Made by a program: the position numbers and the translations under genes. This document shows, one piece after another, positions 19,738-34,297 of a stretch of DNA of 64,000 nt. The stretch lies in the NCBI GenBank assembly GCA_905331295.1, contig CAJNYD010000224.1, positions 62,001-126,000 on the forward strand, read 5' to 3'. This DNA comes from Rotaria socialis (lineage: Eukaryota). How positions within the stretch are numbered: the first letter of the stretch is position 1; the number at the start of each line of letters is the position of its first letter. The notes beneath the pieces are model-generated. The model searched no databases. It was not told where the DNA came from and saw nothing but the letters and a program-made list of their open reading frames with translations.

Positions 19738-19908
19738 CATACATGTCAAACTTGAAACTTGAATTCAATTGAAAATTGAAAATTTCAGTTTTCAACTTTT
19801 AAACCAACAGCATTCTGAATAATCGTGACTCGTACATATATCGCTATGAGTTGAAAGTTGAAATTTTCTATTTTCAACTGAATTCAAGTTTCAAGTTTGA
19901 CACTACTG
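19738..19908. mobile_element. hAT-type MITE (171 bp)
   Basis: Perfect 24-bp inverted repeat tgtcaaacttgaaacttgaattca (19744-19767) / tgaattcaagtttcaagtttgaca (19879-19902) that extends inward. 8-bp TSD AAAAGATC at 19730-19737 and 19909-19916. Confidence 0.85.
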
Positions 19909-21083
19909 AAAAGATCATGTGCCATCTTATGTCGAGTATTGTTAACTTGAAAAGGTTCCATTTGACTGAAGAAACTCACGCGAAGAATTACAACGATTAG
20001 TAGATAAAAAGGGCAAAAACTATTTTTAAACTAATGAATAAGAGGAGTAACTTAAAAAAAACTATGAGTCTCTTCATTGGGTTACTTAAATTAGGTAAAT
20101 CTATTAGAAATAGGAATAATTATTCTCTGAAAGTACAAAAGCAGTGATTTTCAAGAACTAAAACATCAAAGAAAGTTGACTATCAAAGAAAAGTAATTTC
20201 TTTTGCTGTAATCGAATTCACAACTAGACAGTCATCAATATTAATGAGAAAGACACATGTTGTTGATATAGTGTATATTCTTGCTTACAGAAATCATTGG
20301 GCTATGAAGAAATCAACGATGAATATGGTATTTCTCAGATTATTTATCAACATTCTATTTAATGAAAATATGCTTTAAAAATCTCATGGTGAGAAATATC
20401 AACTTGGATAATTTTTCTCCCAGAGAATTCGCAAATAAATTAGTTTTTGGTTCATAAAAAAGATTTGTTCCACAGTGCGTCAATTGAATAATCATGTTCG
20501 ATATGTATGTCATTCTAGATAAGCATCGCTTCACAACATAATCTATAAATTAATGAGCTAGTAAATACATCAAACAGAATAAAAATCATCAATACTACAC
20601 ATTTAAAGGTAATTCTAAATTATCAGGTAACTAAACAATGAAATATTTGAAATGATGCATATTAGATAAATCAAGAAATGTCTATGATTCGACTGTTGAT
20701 GGCTTGTATGAGTGATTTTTAGTTTTTTATTTATCTCTATGACTTCATTGACGCTAATTTGTTGACTGAAACATCAATAAAACATATAGGTAGGTACGAA
20801 AACAAGAAATATTTATAGGTTCTAATCAACGATAGATGAGTACCATTATTCGTTCGATTTTATTTTTAGTATTTATTGCTCTGCTCGAATAAATACATAT
20901 ACGCTTATGTGAAATACGTGTAATGCACAATACAAAAATGAGAAAAAATTGGCAGCATTGGTCAATTATATATATATATATATATTTATAGTGTAATACA
21001 ATAAACAGTTGTCTTTTTTAGCTTATATATATGCCTATTATTTTCTGTGTTTTGTTTTTTGGAAATAATTCAGTGAAGATAAT

Positions 21084-22073
21084 ATGCCTATTTTTGCGGC
21101 GTCTTTTTGGTTCGAATGAACGAGTTGACAATCTTCGAATTGTAATAACACGTCATGGTGAATGTGCTGATTTAGCATTAGAAAAACAATGGGTATCTGA
21201 AATGCAAAAACATGGTGGTTATGATCCACGAATACCGCATTTGACGCCTCGAGCACATTTTCGTGAATGGAATTTTGATTCACCACTAACTGTTGATGAA
21301 GAAAATCAGAGGGCATCAGTTGATCGGAAATTACTTGATCTTGGTTTTCCGATTGATTATTGTTATTCATCACCTGCCTTCCTATCGACCAATACAAACA
21401 ACAAATAAAGTTCTTGAAAGTCAAGGACGAAAATCGGTACCTATCAATATTGAACCTGGCAAATATTAAATATAATCATATGAAATAAATTATTCATCTC
21501 TTTTCGTTTTAAAGGTCTATTTGAGTGTCCAGCTTGGTATCATGGTAAACCATTAGTATTTATGCCTCCTCGAATTTTAAATAGGGATAGAAAATTAAAT
21601 ATCGATCCATATTATTCGCCAATATATGATAGAGTTGATTCATATGAAGATGAACGAAAATACCATCGAGGATCTCGTCTTCTTATACATGACATAGTTC
21701 GAGATCATAAAGATCACGGTGGAACAATTTTATTATCAGCATATGAGTGATCAATGGAAGGAATAACTCGTGGCTTACGCGGTTTATTTCACCGACGTGG
21801 ACGACCCGAACATATTATACAACAAACTTTAACAGTTATTTATTGTAACTTTCCTATATTAGAACGTGATGTACGTACAGGCCAATGGACTGTTCAATTA
21901 CCGAGCTCGCATCGTCATCATCGTCATAATAATCCTCCAGCACAATTATCAAGATACACCATTATTCCACTTTATGGTATTAGTACAGAATATTTAATGT
22001 CAACTAAACGATCACAATATTTAGCAACAAAATGAAGATCATCAGAAACAAGACACTATTCACATCACTATTG
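21084..22073 (+). pseudogene. Histidine phosphatase (PGM superfamily; Sts/UBASH3/EPPase-like) pseudogene
   Basis: Motifs VITRHGE, DSPLT, YSSPA, INIEPGLFE and GTILLSA. Frameshift at ~21379-21382 (extra ttcc) and in-frame TGA at 21748-21750. Catalytic positions are altered (RHGEC instead of RHGER; SAY instead of xAH). Confidence 0.8.
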
Positions 22074-22335
22074 ATAATAATTTAAAGATTAGCATATATT
22101 TGTTTGCTTTTTTTCTTGCAGTTAATTTTCAGTTTTCTTAGAAACGAAGCACACACATTTGGTTTATATTTGCGGAAAAAAATGATGTAAATATGAAAAG
22201 AATATTGCTTATTGTTCTATAACTGTAACTGACTTGAGTTTTGTTTCCGTTTGAAATTTGATAAAAAGAAAAATACGCATACAAAGAGAACAACATTGAT
22301 TGAATGCTCTTAAGAGTTAAATTTTCTTTTTTATG

Positions 22336-23861
22336 TTACATTTTTGTATCTTCAATATCTTGATCACTATTTTGTGCTAATTCATAACGATTTCTACCAT
22401 TATAAATATGAGCATGATTGGCCCCTTGTGCGATCATTAAGAATATCTGCAAAAAAAAACGACAGAATAGAATACATAATATTTATTACTATTATTATGA
22501 TTATTATTAATATCATACCAAACTTAAGATAACCAATATCGATGAAGCTGTTGTAACAATACTTAAACTGAAGTAATCACGATAAGACTAAATGAATAAA
22601 CGATAATGTATTAATAATCGTAATCTTCACACGATAGCTATACTCTTTCGGTAGGTTGATTAATAGAAAGAATTCTCTTAGTTTTTTGAGTCTCTGATAG
22701 TGAAGCTTACAATGATTCCGTGTGAAACGATTTCGTAACCTCCCAAGAGATAACACTCATTCTATCAAAAATGATAAATGTACCAAATGAGCCGACTTCG
22801 GTCTTTCAAAAACAAAAAATGATCTCTCTTTTTTCTAAACATAAAATCTAAAGAATGCTTTCAAACAATGAACATATTATTCACTTTTCATTTATGTAAT
22901 AGCTTTACTAATTAGTAAACAAAACAAATCGAATCATAATATTTTATCACAATATCGCGCAAAACTATTTACAAGTCAACACAACTCCTATCTCATACTC
23001 CGGTCATGTATTCGCAAATCTTGACAGATTCAATCATCAAGATTCTTTCATGCATCAAGTAAACAACATCGAATTTTAATGATACTTACTGGTTGACAAA
23101 TATCAGCTAATTTAAATGGTGCTGGTTTTTCATCTAATCGATGTGCATGCTGATTTATTTCATTAAGAACTAAACATATTTTTATTTGTACATGAACAAA
23201 ATCAACGAGTACAAAGTCAAATATTTATTTACTTACTGTTTACAAAACTACCTCCAGCTGTACCGTAACGATTATTACATACGACAAAATAAATATAAAG
23301 AAAACCATAAAGTGGAATAAATGTAAGACAAGCAATGCCCAACCACGAAATTGTTAATAAAAATGTTATAAGTAAAAACTAATTATAAAAATAGATATGC
23401 ATATTAGAAGTTATTATTTTCAACTTACAAAACCATTCAAAATTCTTGCACATATAGTCTTTCTATAGCCCCAATAATGTTTTTTAATTGATTTTCCAGT
23501 TATAAGACTTGCTAAAAAAACCAAACATAACCCGAAAAGAAATGTTATTACAACACCACAACCAATAACAAGTCGGCTAAGTTGTAAACTTAATAAGTAA
23601 AGATAATAAATATTTTTTTCCTTCGTTCTTCATTAGCTTACCATTGATTACATGACCACTTTTCACTATATTGAACTTTGTATAATGTATAGATTGTCGA
23701 CATTACGAATAGAACACATCCGATCATTAGAAGAAGAAATGCAACAAGAGACGGATATGGAGTTTTATAAAACATATTAAAGAATTTTGTTCTTCTAAAA
23801 TGGATTACTAGAAAAATGTTTAGTTTCTATTTGCCATAGTTAGTATCGTGATACTAGCCAT
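22336..23861 (-). CDS. M6: M6 / myelin proteolipid (PLP/DM20/GPM6) family tetraspan protein
   Basis: Spliced model: TPYPSLVAFLLLMIGCVLF (TM1), LASLITGKSIKKHYWGYRKTICARILNGF, FLLITFLLTISWLGIACLTFIPLY (TM3) and C-terminal FLMIAQGANHAHI...DTKM*. This matches the PY.SL / TG / K.TIC / W...P.Y pattern of the PLP/M6 family. Confidence 0.8.
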
Positions 23862-26800
23862 AGCTAAAAGGATAATGAAACACTTCGCCTTCAATTATGC
23901 AATAGACAATGATGATGATGACGATGACGGCTGAACGTTACTGGAGAGGATAACGAGAGAAAGATTATTCTACAATTGATAGACATACACGTAATCAATA
24001 GTACCGTTCTGTGCATATTACGTCAAGAAAAATAGGAAAGTTTTCTTCTAACTTTCTAAATCATTCTTTTCATCTATAGCTCAATTTTTTTTCTCTCTGT
24101 TTTTTATATGATCGCATGCACTTCAAATGAATTCAATAGTTCTCCACAGGGAATCATCATATTCACGACAGGGTAACGATGCTAGTGCATAATAAATAAC
24201 TATGTATAGATCATATTGATTGTGACGTAATGCTCTTCTCCTATCCATTTCATTCATCAACTAAAACAGCCGCACACACACGACAACAATTTGTATAAAA
24301 CATAATCAACTGATTTGTATTCATAGACTTACAGGGAAAAAAAGAAAATGAAACAGTATCTATAATATTAGAATGATTATCTCCATCCAAATGAATGAAA
24401 GAATGTAGAACAGTATTCTATGGTTAATTTAATCAATTTAGTGGCACTGCTTTGCCGAAGACGATTAGGAAAACGACAAACATACAAGAAAGTAAGCAAA
24501 CAAACAAACAAACAAACAAATATGCGAGTCGCATAAATTAATAACGGGTTAGCACGATAACAACCAAGGACAGAAATAGAGCGAGAAAAAAGGCCGATAC
24601 CCTCAGGAATGTTTATTATTCGTTTTTTTTTATCACTCAATATCAATAAATCATGAGTCAACATCAGACAGAGATTAGAACTTGTCTAATGTTTCACTGC
24701 ATCATTTGTACATAAAACGCGGTATAGACTCACTCCTGCTCGGCTGATAATGCATGCCCTTATTTCAATATACCAAATCATGTCATAACAAGACTAGCAA
24801 AAGAGTGATGATATACTAGGATGTCTAATATTTCGAACAAAACTTGTCGAAAAAAATAAAATTTTAATTTTCCTATAATTTAACTAATATAGAAAATCTA
24901 CTACTAATGATATAATCTGAAACACATGTAGAGAAAAGGTCAAGTTCATTATTACTTTCGATAGTTGAAAACATTTCAAATCAACTATCATATTTAATAT
25001 TGTCTTCTATAGGAATCAACATCTATCTATCGTTAAGGAAAAGAAAATGACATAGGAGAGTGAACGGAAAGTTGTCCGTCTCGCTATTATCAACTCTTTT
25101 ACTGTCATTCAGCATGAATCAAAGTAAAAAATGTGTAACAATAATTCAGTCGATTGCTAACCTGTATTTGCATGGAGTGTTGATATTTCCTATTTATTGA
25201 TTACTATCTATTAGCATTTTCTTTTCTTTTGCACTCTATATTTAAGAAATGAGCAACCAGATAAATACCTATGCATTTCTGATTCTAAAAACAAAGAAGA
25301 TCTGCTGCTTCTGTCATCATAACAATATTAACAGTCATAATAATAATATGAGAACATATGAGTATCCGGTTGCAATGTTTTCATAGTACTTACCGTCTGC
25401 TTAATTTCACACATTTCTTTTTCTCGCTTTCCTATATAGATTTACGCACTCTAGTTCAAGTTTAGTTCACCAAAAAATTTGCCTATATTTTGCTCAGCTT
25501 CTTTTTTTTGTTCTCGTTAATGTGGTGAACTTCTTTCCTCGTTCTGCATTCCATCCTGTTGTATTATATGAACAACAAAAGAAAAAAGGCACCAATGGCT
25601 TCATCAAGAGTTGCATACACACATTCTCAGAATAGACAAACAGTGACCTGATTCTTGTTCTTTGTATGTATTCTAGCTATATGTATGGGAAAGAAAATGA
25701 ATATTTATATCAAATATTTAGTTTAAGTCAAAGATCATATGACATTCTATAACACACATACAATAAAATAATGATTTTTGTTTTATATTCTAAATTTTGT
25801 CTATTTCATGAAATAGTCACTTTCAAAGAATCATCTATATTTCTCATAAAGGTCTTGTCTAATTCTATAATTTATCAAAATATATGACATACTGTCTAGA
25901 AACAAATGACCCGACTTTTCTTTCATTTCAAAAAGTAAAAATTGTTCTAGAAGAAATTGATAGTACTCTACAAACATACGATTAGGCAGCAATTTGTTAA
26001 TTCTGTTAATGTAATGAATATCAATATCTTATTAACAATAGTGCTAGAAAAATCATCTATGTTTCTGCTGCGCATCGCCATCAGTGGTTTCAATAACCTG
26101 TTTCAATCAGACTCAATAATACACATGCATGTTTCACAAGATAATATACGTATTTCAATTATAATTACTATCAAGATCAATAGTTTTTATTTATGAATGA
26201 TTTGAAATTAACACTTTAATATATCAGAATTTTTGCATTTGTTTTAAAAATGCCTTTCCAAAGTATATCAACTAGAATAGTTGATTTTACTATCTGTATT
26301 TGATTGGCAAGTATATATTGATTATGCAATTCTTGTTCATTGGCTGGGCTAATCTTTAATTATTTGTTACAATTATAAAAATTAGATACACAAATAAACA
26401 CTTCTAGTTTATATGCTTTGAAGAGAACGAAAACATGACATAAATATCTTCTTGTCCAGGCCTGGCATAAAATTTTGTAAAACAATCAATATAATGTGAT
26501 ACAATTGTTGTTTCTTATTCATATAAAAAATAGAGACTTGTGTCTTTCCTGTCTATTGTACATCATTTCTGTGAAATTAACAAATATATAAAGTAATACA
26601 TCAGAATAATCAAGAATTCCCAAAAGGATTACGATGAATGTATAATATTGATGAATTCATCATTGCAACTTGTTTATTCATAATGTTAAAAGCTATATAA
26701 GTTTTTCTAGAAATATGTTTAAATAATTCTTTTTTTCTCCCTAATAATCACATCTATAAAAACATATCCTGCAGCTATTCTGATAAAAGCTTTCGAACTC

Positions 26801-27858
26801 AAGGATTCATTTAATATTGATAAAAAAAAGTTCCTATCTTTGAATGATACTCATTTAGAGATGAAATAATCAATTGCAATAGTAAGAGTTTAATACAATC
26901 AAGTGAAATTGTACAACCTAATCTATTGTTAAGACTCTCATGTGAAAAAACGTTTACATCTTCTTAGGACTAGAGATACAAATGCATAGTTGAATCAATC
27001 AATCAGTTTATATTTCTATGTTAGAACTAATAATTGTGATTTATTTGTGTTTACATATTCTTTGTTATTTCCGCAAAACTTTAAACGCCTGAAATCGATC
27101 AAAATGATTATATACCAAGTGTACATATTTATAAAAATTGATTTCATTCTGAAGAATCCATAACAAAGAAAATTTTAATTCAATACATCTTAGTTTTATT
27201 AGGATACATGAAGATGATAAGAAATGAAAATTAAAAGATAAAATATTATTAGAATATCGAAAGAAACATGAAATAGATTGACAGTCGTACACGTATGCGC
27301 ATGTCTAAAATATAAATAATTAATACAAATTTTGTAAAAGAAAAAGCAATTAATTTCCTATTTAGTAAATACAATTTTTCAAACGATTAGCCTACACAAG
27401 AGAAAAATAAAACAAAATAACCGAGATGAAATCCATATCTTTTCACATATAAATTAATGAAACAAAAAATAATATCTACTGCTGTTACGTAATCATATTA
27501 CAAAAGAATTGCCTTTTCTTTGACAATTTCAAATCTACTAAAAATAAGAAGTCATGCGCTGTTACTTATACAACAATAATCACGCCTATCTATATTTAAA
27601 TAAAACAAAACAGAAATACTATCTATATACAAGCTTTCCTACACACAAATTATGATGCACTTTCACTGTTCACTCCAACGAGAAAAACAAAACAAAAATA
27701 TATATGTATAATAAGAATGTGCATATATGAAGGATTCGCCTAGAGGTTAAAAAAATATTATCAGAAAAAAAAAGTCTAACATGTAATATAATGGCAGTTA
27801 AAAAGAAAAAGGTTTATTGTTTAGACGTTGAAGGAACTAAAACTTGTTTTTCTGGATA

Positions 27859-30800
27859 TTATTTGGGATGTTGTGGAGAAGATGAAGTAGTTGTAGTTGG
27901 CTTTGCCGCACTGTTTTCTGCTGATGGCGTCTGCTGACCCTTATTTGATTTGACTTGTTCAATCTAAAATACGAGAATATGATTATTGTTTTTCATAAAA
28001 ATAGGTATCGATATTTTTAACGAAGAAGAATATGAAGGAAACCTAGTAATTCATAGGAAAATATTTCCGATTGGCTTTGTCAATATGAAAAAAGAATCTC
28101 CGTAGAATGCCTATAGTTTCTTTTTTTATTTCTACAGCAATCAAATCTTTTTACAATTTCTGAAGTCTGACATATGCATAGAGTGCGAATAGTATACTGT
28201 AATATTTTGAAAACTATTTTACAAATGAAATTAAAATGTTTCCTCTCATCAATTGTCACTTTTTACTTAGATTTCATTATGGTGTACTCTAAAAATAAAA
28301 GATCCTAGTTCGACTGAGTCCTCTTTTATACTAGCATTCCAACTGCATTATATAGTAAATAATCGGAAATAATTTTTCAAATTCTTTTCGTCGACTATAA
28401 CATTAACGACTACCATTCACAGATTATGGAAGCAAATCCAAAATATTTACCCGACTTGAAGTATAATAGAATTACTCAACAACAAAACGCAAACTTACCA
28501 CCGACAGTTTCGATAATTCTTGTTGAAGTTGCGTTTGCAATGATCGAATATCATCCAAAGATAATTTCGTTAAATCATGATCACTCGGTAATAAACGTAC
28601 GTTATGTACAAATAATTGACGCATTTGTTCAATTTGATGTAGTGCTTCATCTCGTTGTTGTACAGCACAACTTTTATCGTGTTCAAGTTGTAAAGCAAGT
28701 CGATAGTTATCTTTCGCTGCACGACGCCAATTTTCCGATGACTATTAAAGATGAAATATACGTAAAACAAAAAGAGTAACATAAATTGTTATATTAACCT
28801 CTTTTTCAGTCGTAGCTAAATTTTGCATTTGTAATATACGATTTCGCATCATATCAATTTCAGATGATAAAGATGAGGATGCATGTGTACTTGGTGTATT
28901 AAGACGTTGAAATGTTGTTTGAGGAGATGTTGATTGTAATGGCTGAAACAATAAAGGTAAATCTTGACTGAAACCAGCCATTTTATAGAGTTCACCAGGT
29001 CGACTACTCCCACCGCTTGATGTGGATGGTTCAGGAAATGGAGTATCAATGGGCTAAACATAAATAGTTTTTGGTAAAACAATAGTATAAAATATAAAGT
29101 GAATGCTTGAAGTAAATTTCGAATAAATTCGATGTTCATATTGTATTATTGCTGAAGTGTTAGAATTTTTCATACAAAATCATGGCGTTTGCCTTTACAA
29201 TCAAAGTGGTAACATCTGTTAATAGATTTCTATTCTGAAATAAGAAGATCAAATCTGTCGTTGTGTAAATGGACAACTTAAGCGGCGCACTTTTTCTTTG
29301 GTTATTTCTTGCAATAGAAACAATAATAGTATTCGAAAGTTGAAGACCCAGTTATGAAAATAATGTTCTCATCATATGAATAAAATATTATAGATTAATT
29401 AACGCATTTCTCTGATTAATAAAATTGATTTAAGTTTGAAAAAAATTTTCTCTTACAAAATTTATCTAATTTAAACCTTACCGATCCTAAAGTTTCATCA
29501 AATAATTGATTGGGTGTATTGAAAGGTGATTTTATTGATGATGAATGTGAAAAATAATCAGTTGAAAATGAATTTGGAATATTCATTGGTCTTGTTGTTT
29601 CATTCGTTGCTGATGTTAATAAATTTGTTGGTGATGTAGTATTTGTTGCAGGTGTTGTCGAACGTTCAAAACTATCCATGTCATCATCAATGAGTAAATC
29701 ATTAGTATTCTGTTCGTTTGTAGCTGCTTTATCAAAATCATTATCATCAACATGATCTAAACCAATAGCTGTTAATGAGGATTCTATTAAATTTTTGACA
29801 TCAGCTGGTAAAACTTGTTGATCTTGACAATCTTTTTTATCATCAAAGTAATTTGTTGGTGTGGATGTTATTGAATGAAAATGTGCATTGATTGATGAGA
29901 GTAAATTTGATGCTGCTAATGTTGATAAAAAACTCGATGGTGGAGGATAGGAATGGCTAGCAGCTAATGCAGCAGCTGATAAAAGAAATTGATCATTTAG
30001 AAATGATGGCGCTGATACTCGAGAAGGCTCGTAAAATGGTTGCTGCGGAGATAGTTTTGAAAGCATTTCTTGCATTGTAAATGGTCCATTCGAAGAATTA
30101 GTTGATCTTGCTGACTAAAAAAAATTAATCAACAGAAAACTTGATAATTGAAGAGAAAAATTAAAATATTTTTACATGTCTATCAAATGCGTTTTTAGCA
30201 GCGCATGAAAATGATTCAATATCATATAGAGATGGTTGAGATAATTTTTTTGGAATGTTTCTCGTTGTTGATAATGTCTTTTAAACATAAAATAAGAATA
30301 AAAAGAAATTGAAAAAGAAAAGAAAATTAAAGATTTTCGTTTACATCGAGAATTCCAACTTCTTTGTCTTCCGGTATTGGGATAAATGATGATAATGGTA
30401 ATTCATTTGTATAATGAAGATCAAAGTCTCGATAGGATTTTAATTCTTCTAAAAAATGTATAAAAAACAATGTTTTTAAATTTCATCTATTTGTTTGATA
30501 CGCACGTTCAATGTGAGCAAAAGCACAAAATGGTCCTCGTGGACAATAGATTGTCATTGAAACATCATTACATTTAGTTGATTTATAAATCTTAAAAAAT
30601 AAACGGATGAACAACTCTGAAGGCAAGCAAACGCTTTTTTCTTTAAACCTCTGGATGAAATTGTTGTTCAGTACGTGTATGACAATATTTACAACCATCA
30701 CCAGATTCACATACAGTTGGATCAATCCATTCATCGTTTTGTTTTACATGTGGACATGGTGTCGATCTATAATCAGTATTCATTTTTTAAATGATAAAAT

Positions 30801-32901
30801 CAGATGTTTTTTTTCTAAATATTCACTTGTATTTAAATATCGATGGATTACGACGACGGTCACGTGGATTGTGATATTGTGGACAAGCATAGCCTTGTCG
30901 ACAGAGACGAGGAGGACGTTTACATGGTTCAGTTTTATAATTAGCAAGTACATAATGAGAATCTAAACAATATAAGATATCACAAATAAAATGTCATTGT
31001 TATTATTTTTCTTGTCTAAATTTTAATACAAGGCTAGGGTGTCTGTAAAGTTAGAGTAATTTGCAAAGCACTAACTTATTTAGTTGTTATAGCAATACTT
31101 AACATACACAACAGATTTTTTCCATCCAAAAAATATCTTTTTAGCGTTTTTCCTCCAGATATTAAAAATTAATTAAAACAAAGTTCAATTGTTTTTTCTA
31201 TTCAAGAAGAGACTATTTGATTCTATCTAATGTATGATATATATTCTTTAACGATTCTTACATTCAGTCCTCCGGCAATGATATAAGAAATAAGATTGTA
31301 TCTTTTAACGAATAGTTATTTAGACAAGATTTATGATCTTTATATCAACACCTGTCAGGATCGGTGACATGAGTGAAGCGGTGTTCAAGCTTTTACTTTT
31401 ACTTTTACAGTTCAATACTTATTTGAGATCGTATTTGTCAAACATACTAAAGATTTATGATACCGTTGATATTCTACTTGTTACTCAATTCAATCAAGTT
31501 CAAATCTAAGAATTCAACTTTTTTACCCATGCATATATAGAGTAATAGTTGTCTTTTTATTCCTTTCGATTTTTTACGATTAGACAAAATTCTTGATATA
31601 AGAAAAAAAAGCTAACTTTTAGAAACCATCATTAAACCGTGAAAATTAGAATCAATTTAAGGCTACCATCGTTTTATCATACAATTAAATCAAGCTTTGC
31701 ATTTGAAGTTCTTCCTATTAAATTGTTTGCATAGTAAAACAAATTATCATTGCATTAAAATGTCGAATTAAAAGAAATTTGAGATTTCTATTTGTCATAC
31801 AATAGGTTTCGACATGAATTCAGTACATAGCTATACACTATTCTACTAACATTCTATTCACACACAACGATTACAGTAAAAATATGAAAATTTGCAAAAA
31901 CTAGCTACATTGGTTTTGTAGTAAATATTGCAGTGTCATCTGCTATCGACATCACTCTTGTCAAATCTCTTACATCACTGGTATTCAAATCAAGAAAGAA
32001 GATACTTGAAGAAAGATCAATTAATTCAACTCAGAATTTATAAGTTAATAGTGAATTTGGTCTGAGATTTTCTTATGAATATATGGCCTGCTCAATCAAA
32101 TCGAACTTTTGTTAAAGTTGATTTAGTAAAGTTAATGAAGTTTCTTCGATTCTATGATTTTCTGCAAATAATCTTACCACTCCACTTTGGATCATCATTT
32201 AAAGCTCGTTCATTTTCCAAACTGATACATAATCTTGCAAGTCTTTCTAAAGCTAAATCATTATTCTGCATTTCTCGACTATCAAGTATTGGTTGTCGTA
32301 AATCAGTTGCACCATGAGCATATGAACAATGAGGACCACTTTTAAGACAGTGTCCTTTTGCATCAGATTCATGTGTACATAAACCTGTTTTATAATATCG
32401 CAAATGATAACGTTTCTCTGTATCATTTGCATTTCGATGTAAGAGTGGACAACTATGAAAACATCAAAGAAAACTTGATAGTAATAGAAATAAGTTTTTT
32501 TTTGTAAAACTCTTACTCATCACCATTTGGACAAATACCAGATTGTTCATCATAGTTGTTACAATAAAAATCAGGATCATAAGAAAATGTTCCATCTAGT
32601 CGTCGAAATGGACGACGACGTCGTTGATTTTGAAAATGCCAATAAAAACATGAAAAAGGTCGATGTCTAAAAGATCAATTTCATTTTTTTAAATATGTCA
32701 AATAGAAATCTTCTGCTTCATACTGTGTGCATTTATGTTGAAGAAATAGTTGACATTGTTCAACACGAAAATCTCGTAAATAACTAATAATAATTAGAAG
32801 AAGAAAAAACAAATATTGAATTTATCAAAAAAGAACACATTGACCTACTTAAGATGTAAAGTTTTTTCAATTAAAGCAAGTTGTTGCAAGTCATTTGCCA
32901 T
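27859..32901 (-). CDS. unk: Unkempt-family tandem CCCH zinc-finger RNA-binding protein (no RING found)
   Basis: YLRDFRVEQCQLFLQHKCTQHRPFSCFYWHFQNQRRRRP, RYYKTGLC...HCSYAHG, YKTEPCKRPPRLCRQGYACPQYHNPRDRRR and YKSTKCND...YCPRGPFCAFAH. These are followed by a low-complexity region and a coiled coil (QQRDEA...LQTQLQQELSKL), then a stop at 27859. Confidence 0.95.
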
Positions 32902-33848
32902 AATAAATTTACATGAATCAAGACGGCAAAAGAAAACGGCTTTTGATTTATACACGAAGTTCTCACATGATTTGTTCCTATTTTTACTACGCTATTTGTT
33001 ATTCTCCTTATTATTATTACATATTTGTTGACAGTCAGGTGATGTAAAAGTTTTACCCAATCGAACTTTCTACCCGAGCCACTCAAGATCAATAGAGGCC
33101 GTTAGTTTTCTATGAGAAAAACTTTATTGCGAGAGAATTAACTATGAAAAATCCTTACACAAATATAGGGGTGAACACAAACATATAGTCTATCAATGAA
33201 ACAATAATCAAACTCAAAACTTATCTTACAGTTTAGTTGATTCGTGAATCTTGACATTTTCCTCTGATTAATTACTTCTATTTCGAAAATTCTTTATTTC
33301 GATATGAAAATAAAGTTCATAATCTACACTGAAATAGTTTTTTAAATTCGCCTGATATCATTGAAATATCATATACAATAGAATTTTTCAAAAATAGGTA
33401 AATGTTTCTAGATATGATACGTTACAATTTATCATCTTGAATTCATACACTTTTTTCCTTATTGTTAATCTCTGATTGCAGGAAAAAAATATAACCGTAA
33501 TCTTATTTTTATGGTGCTCTAAAAGAGACTATAATTGAAAATTGTATTAAAAAAAGCTAGCTTATAGTACGAGACGATCTATGAATAGAAAATTGCAAAT
33601 GCTCTAGAATGCGACATTTCGTAATGATAAAACGCATCCAAGCTCTTTAAAGAACTTCAGCAATTTAATTATCATATTTTTTGTTGGAACAGGGAAATTA
33701 ACTGCCTTTTCTTAGCAAATTCAATCTACCCTCCAACATTCGCTGTCTTCGATTACCATTGTATAATGTATCATTAGGCATATTTTCTGTTTAAAAACAG
33801 GAGTAGGAGCGTGATATTTTTCCTCAGTTAAGAAAACTTATCAGATTT

Positions 33849-34127
33849 CTAACCATATATATTTTGAACCCTATCATGCGAAATCATTTTATTATCTGCA
33901 CAAAACTTAAGTACATCGATCAAAATAATAATACAACTATCTTCAATGCACTTTATTCGAGGAGGAACAGTGAGACTTGCGTACTTCAAATGTTTTTGAA
34001 CTACGGAACTCTCACTTTTGCTCCTTGTGCCATTTACTAATTGAATATCGGTACTAGTACTAATAGTGATAAGGTGGTGTTGCAATTGCAACACCAATAT
34101 GTACAAGGAGAATAAACTTCCAAGCAT
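33849..34127 (-). CDS. Possible small secreted protein or gene fragment (92 aa)
   Basis: Open frame starting with hydrophobic MLGSLFSLYILVLQL and containing three Cys. No recognisable homology, so it may be spurious. Confidence 0.2.
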   Translation of the reverse strand: MLGSLFSLYILVLQLQHHLITISTSTDIQLVNGTRSKSESSVVQKHLKYASLTVPPRIKCIEDSCIIILIDVLKFCADNKMISHDRVQNIYG

Positions 34128-34297
34128 CTTTACCAGTATAATAGTGTACCTATTCCCAGATCCCGGCGATACGGCAGGAAGACATGGGAAATCCCTGAAA
34201 GGTGAAAGCAGTATACCAGCGGAAAATGTTTCGAATTTTTTCCCGCATTTTCCCATTCGGTTCCTACAATATCCTTTCTCCAGAATTATTGACATGA

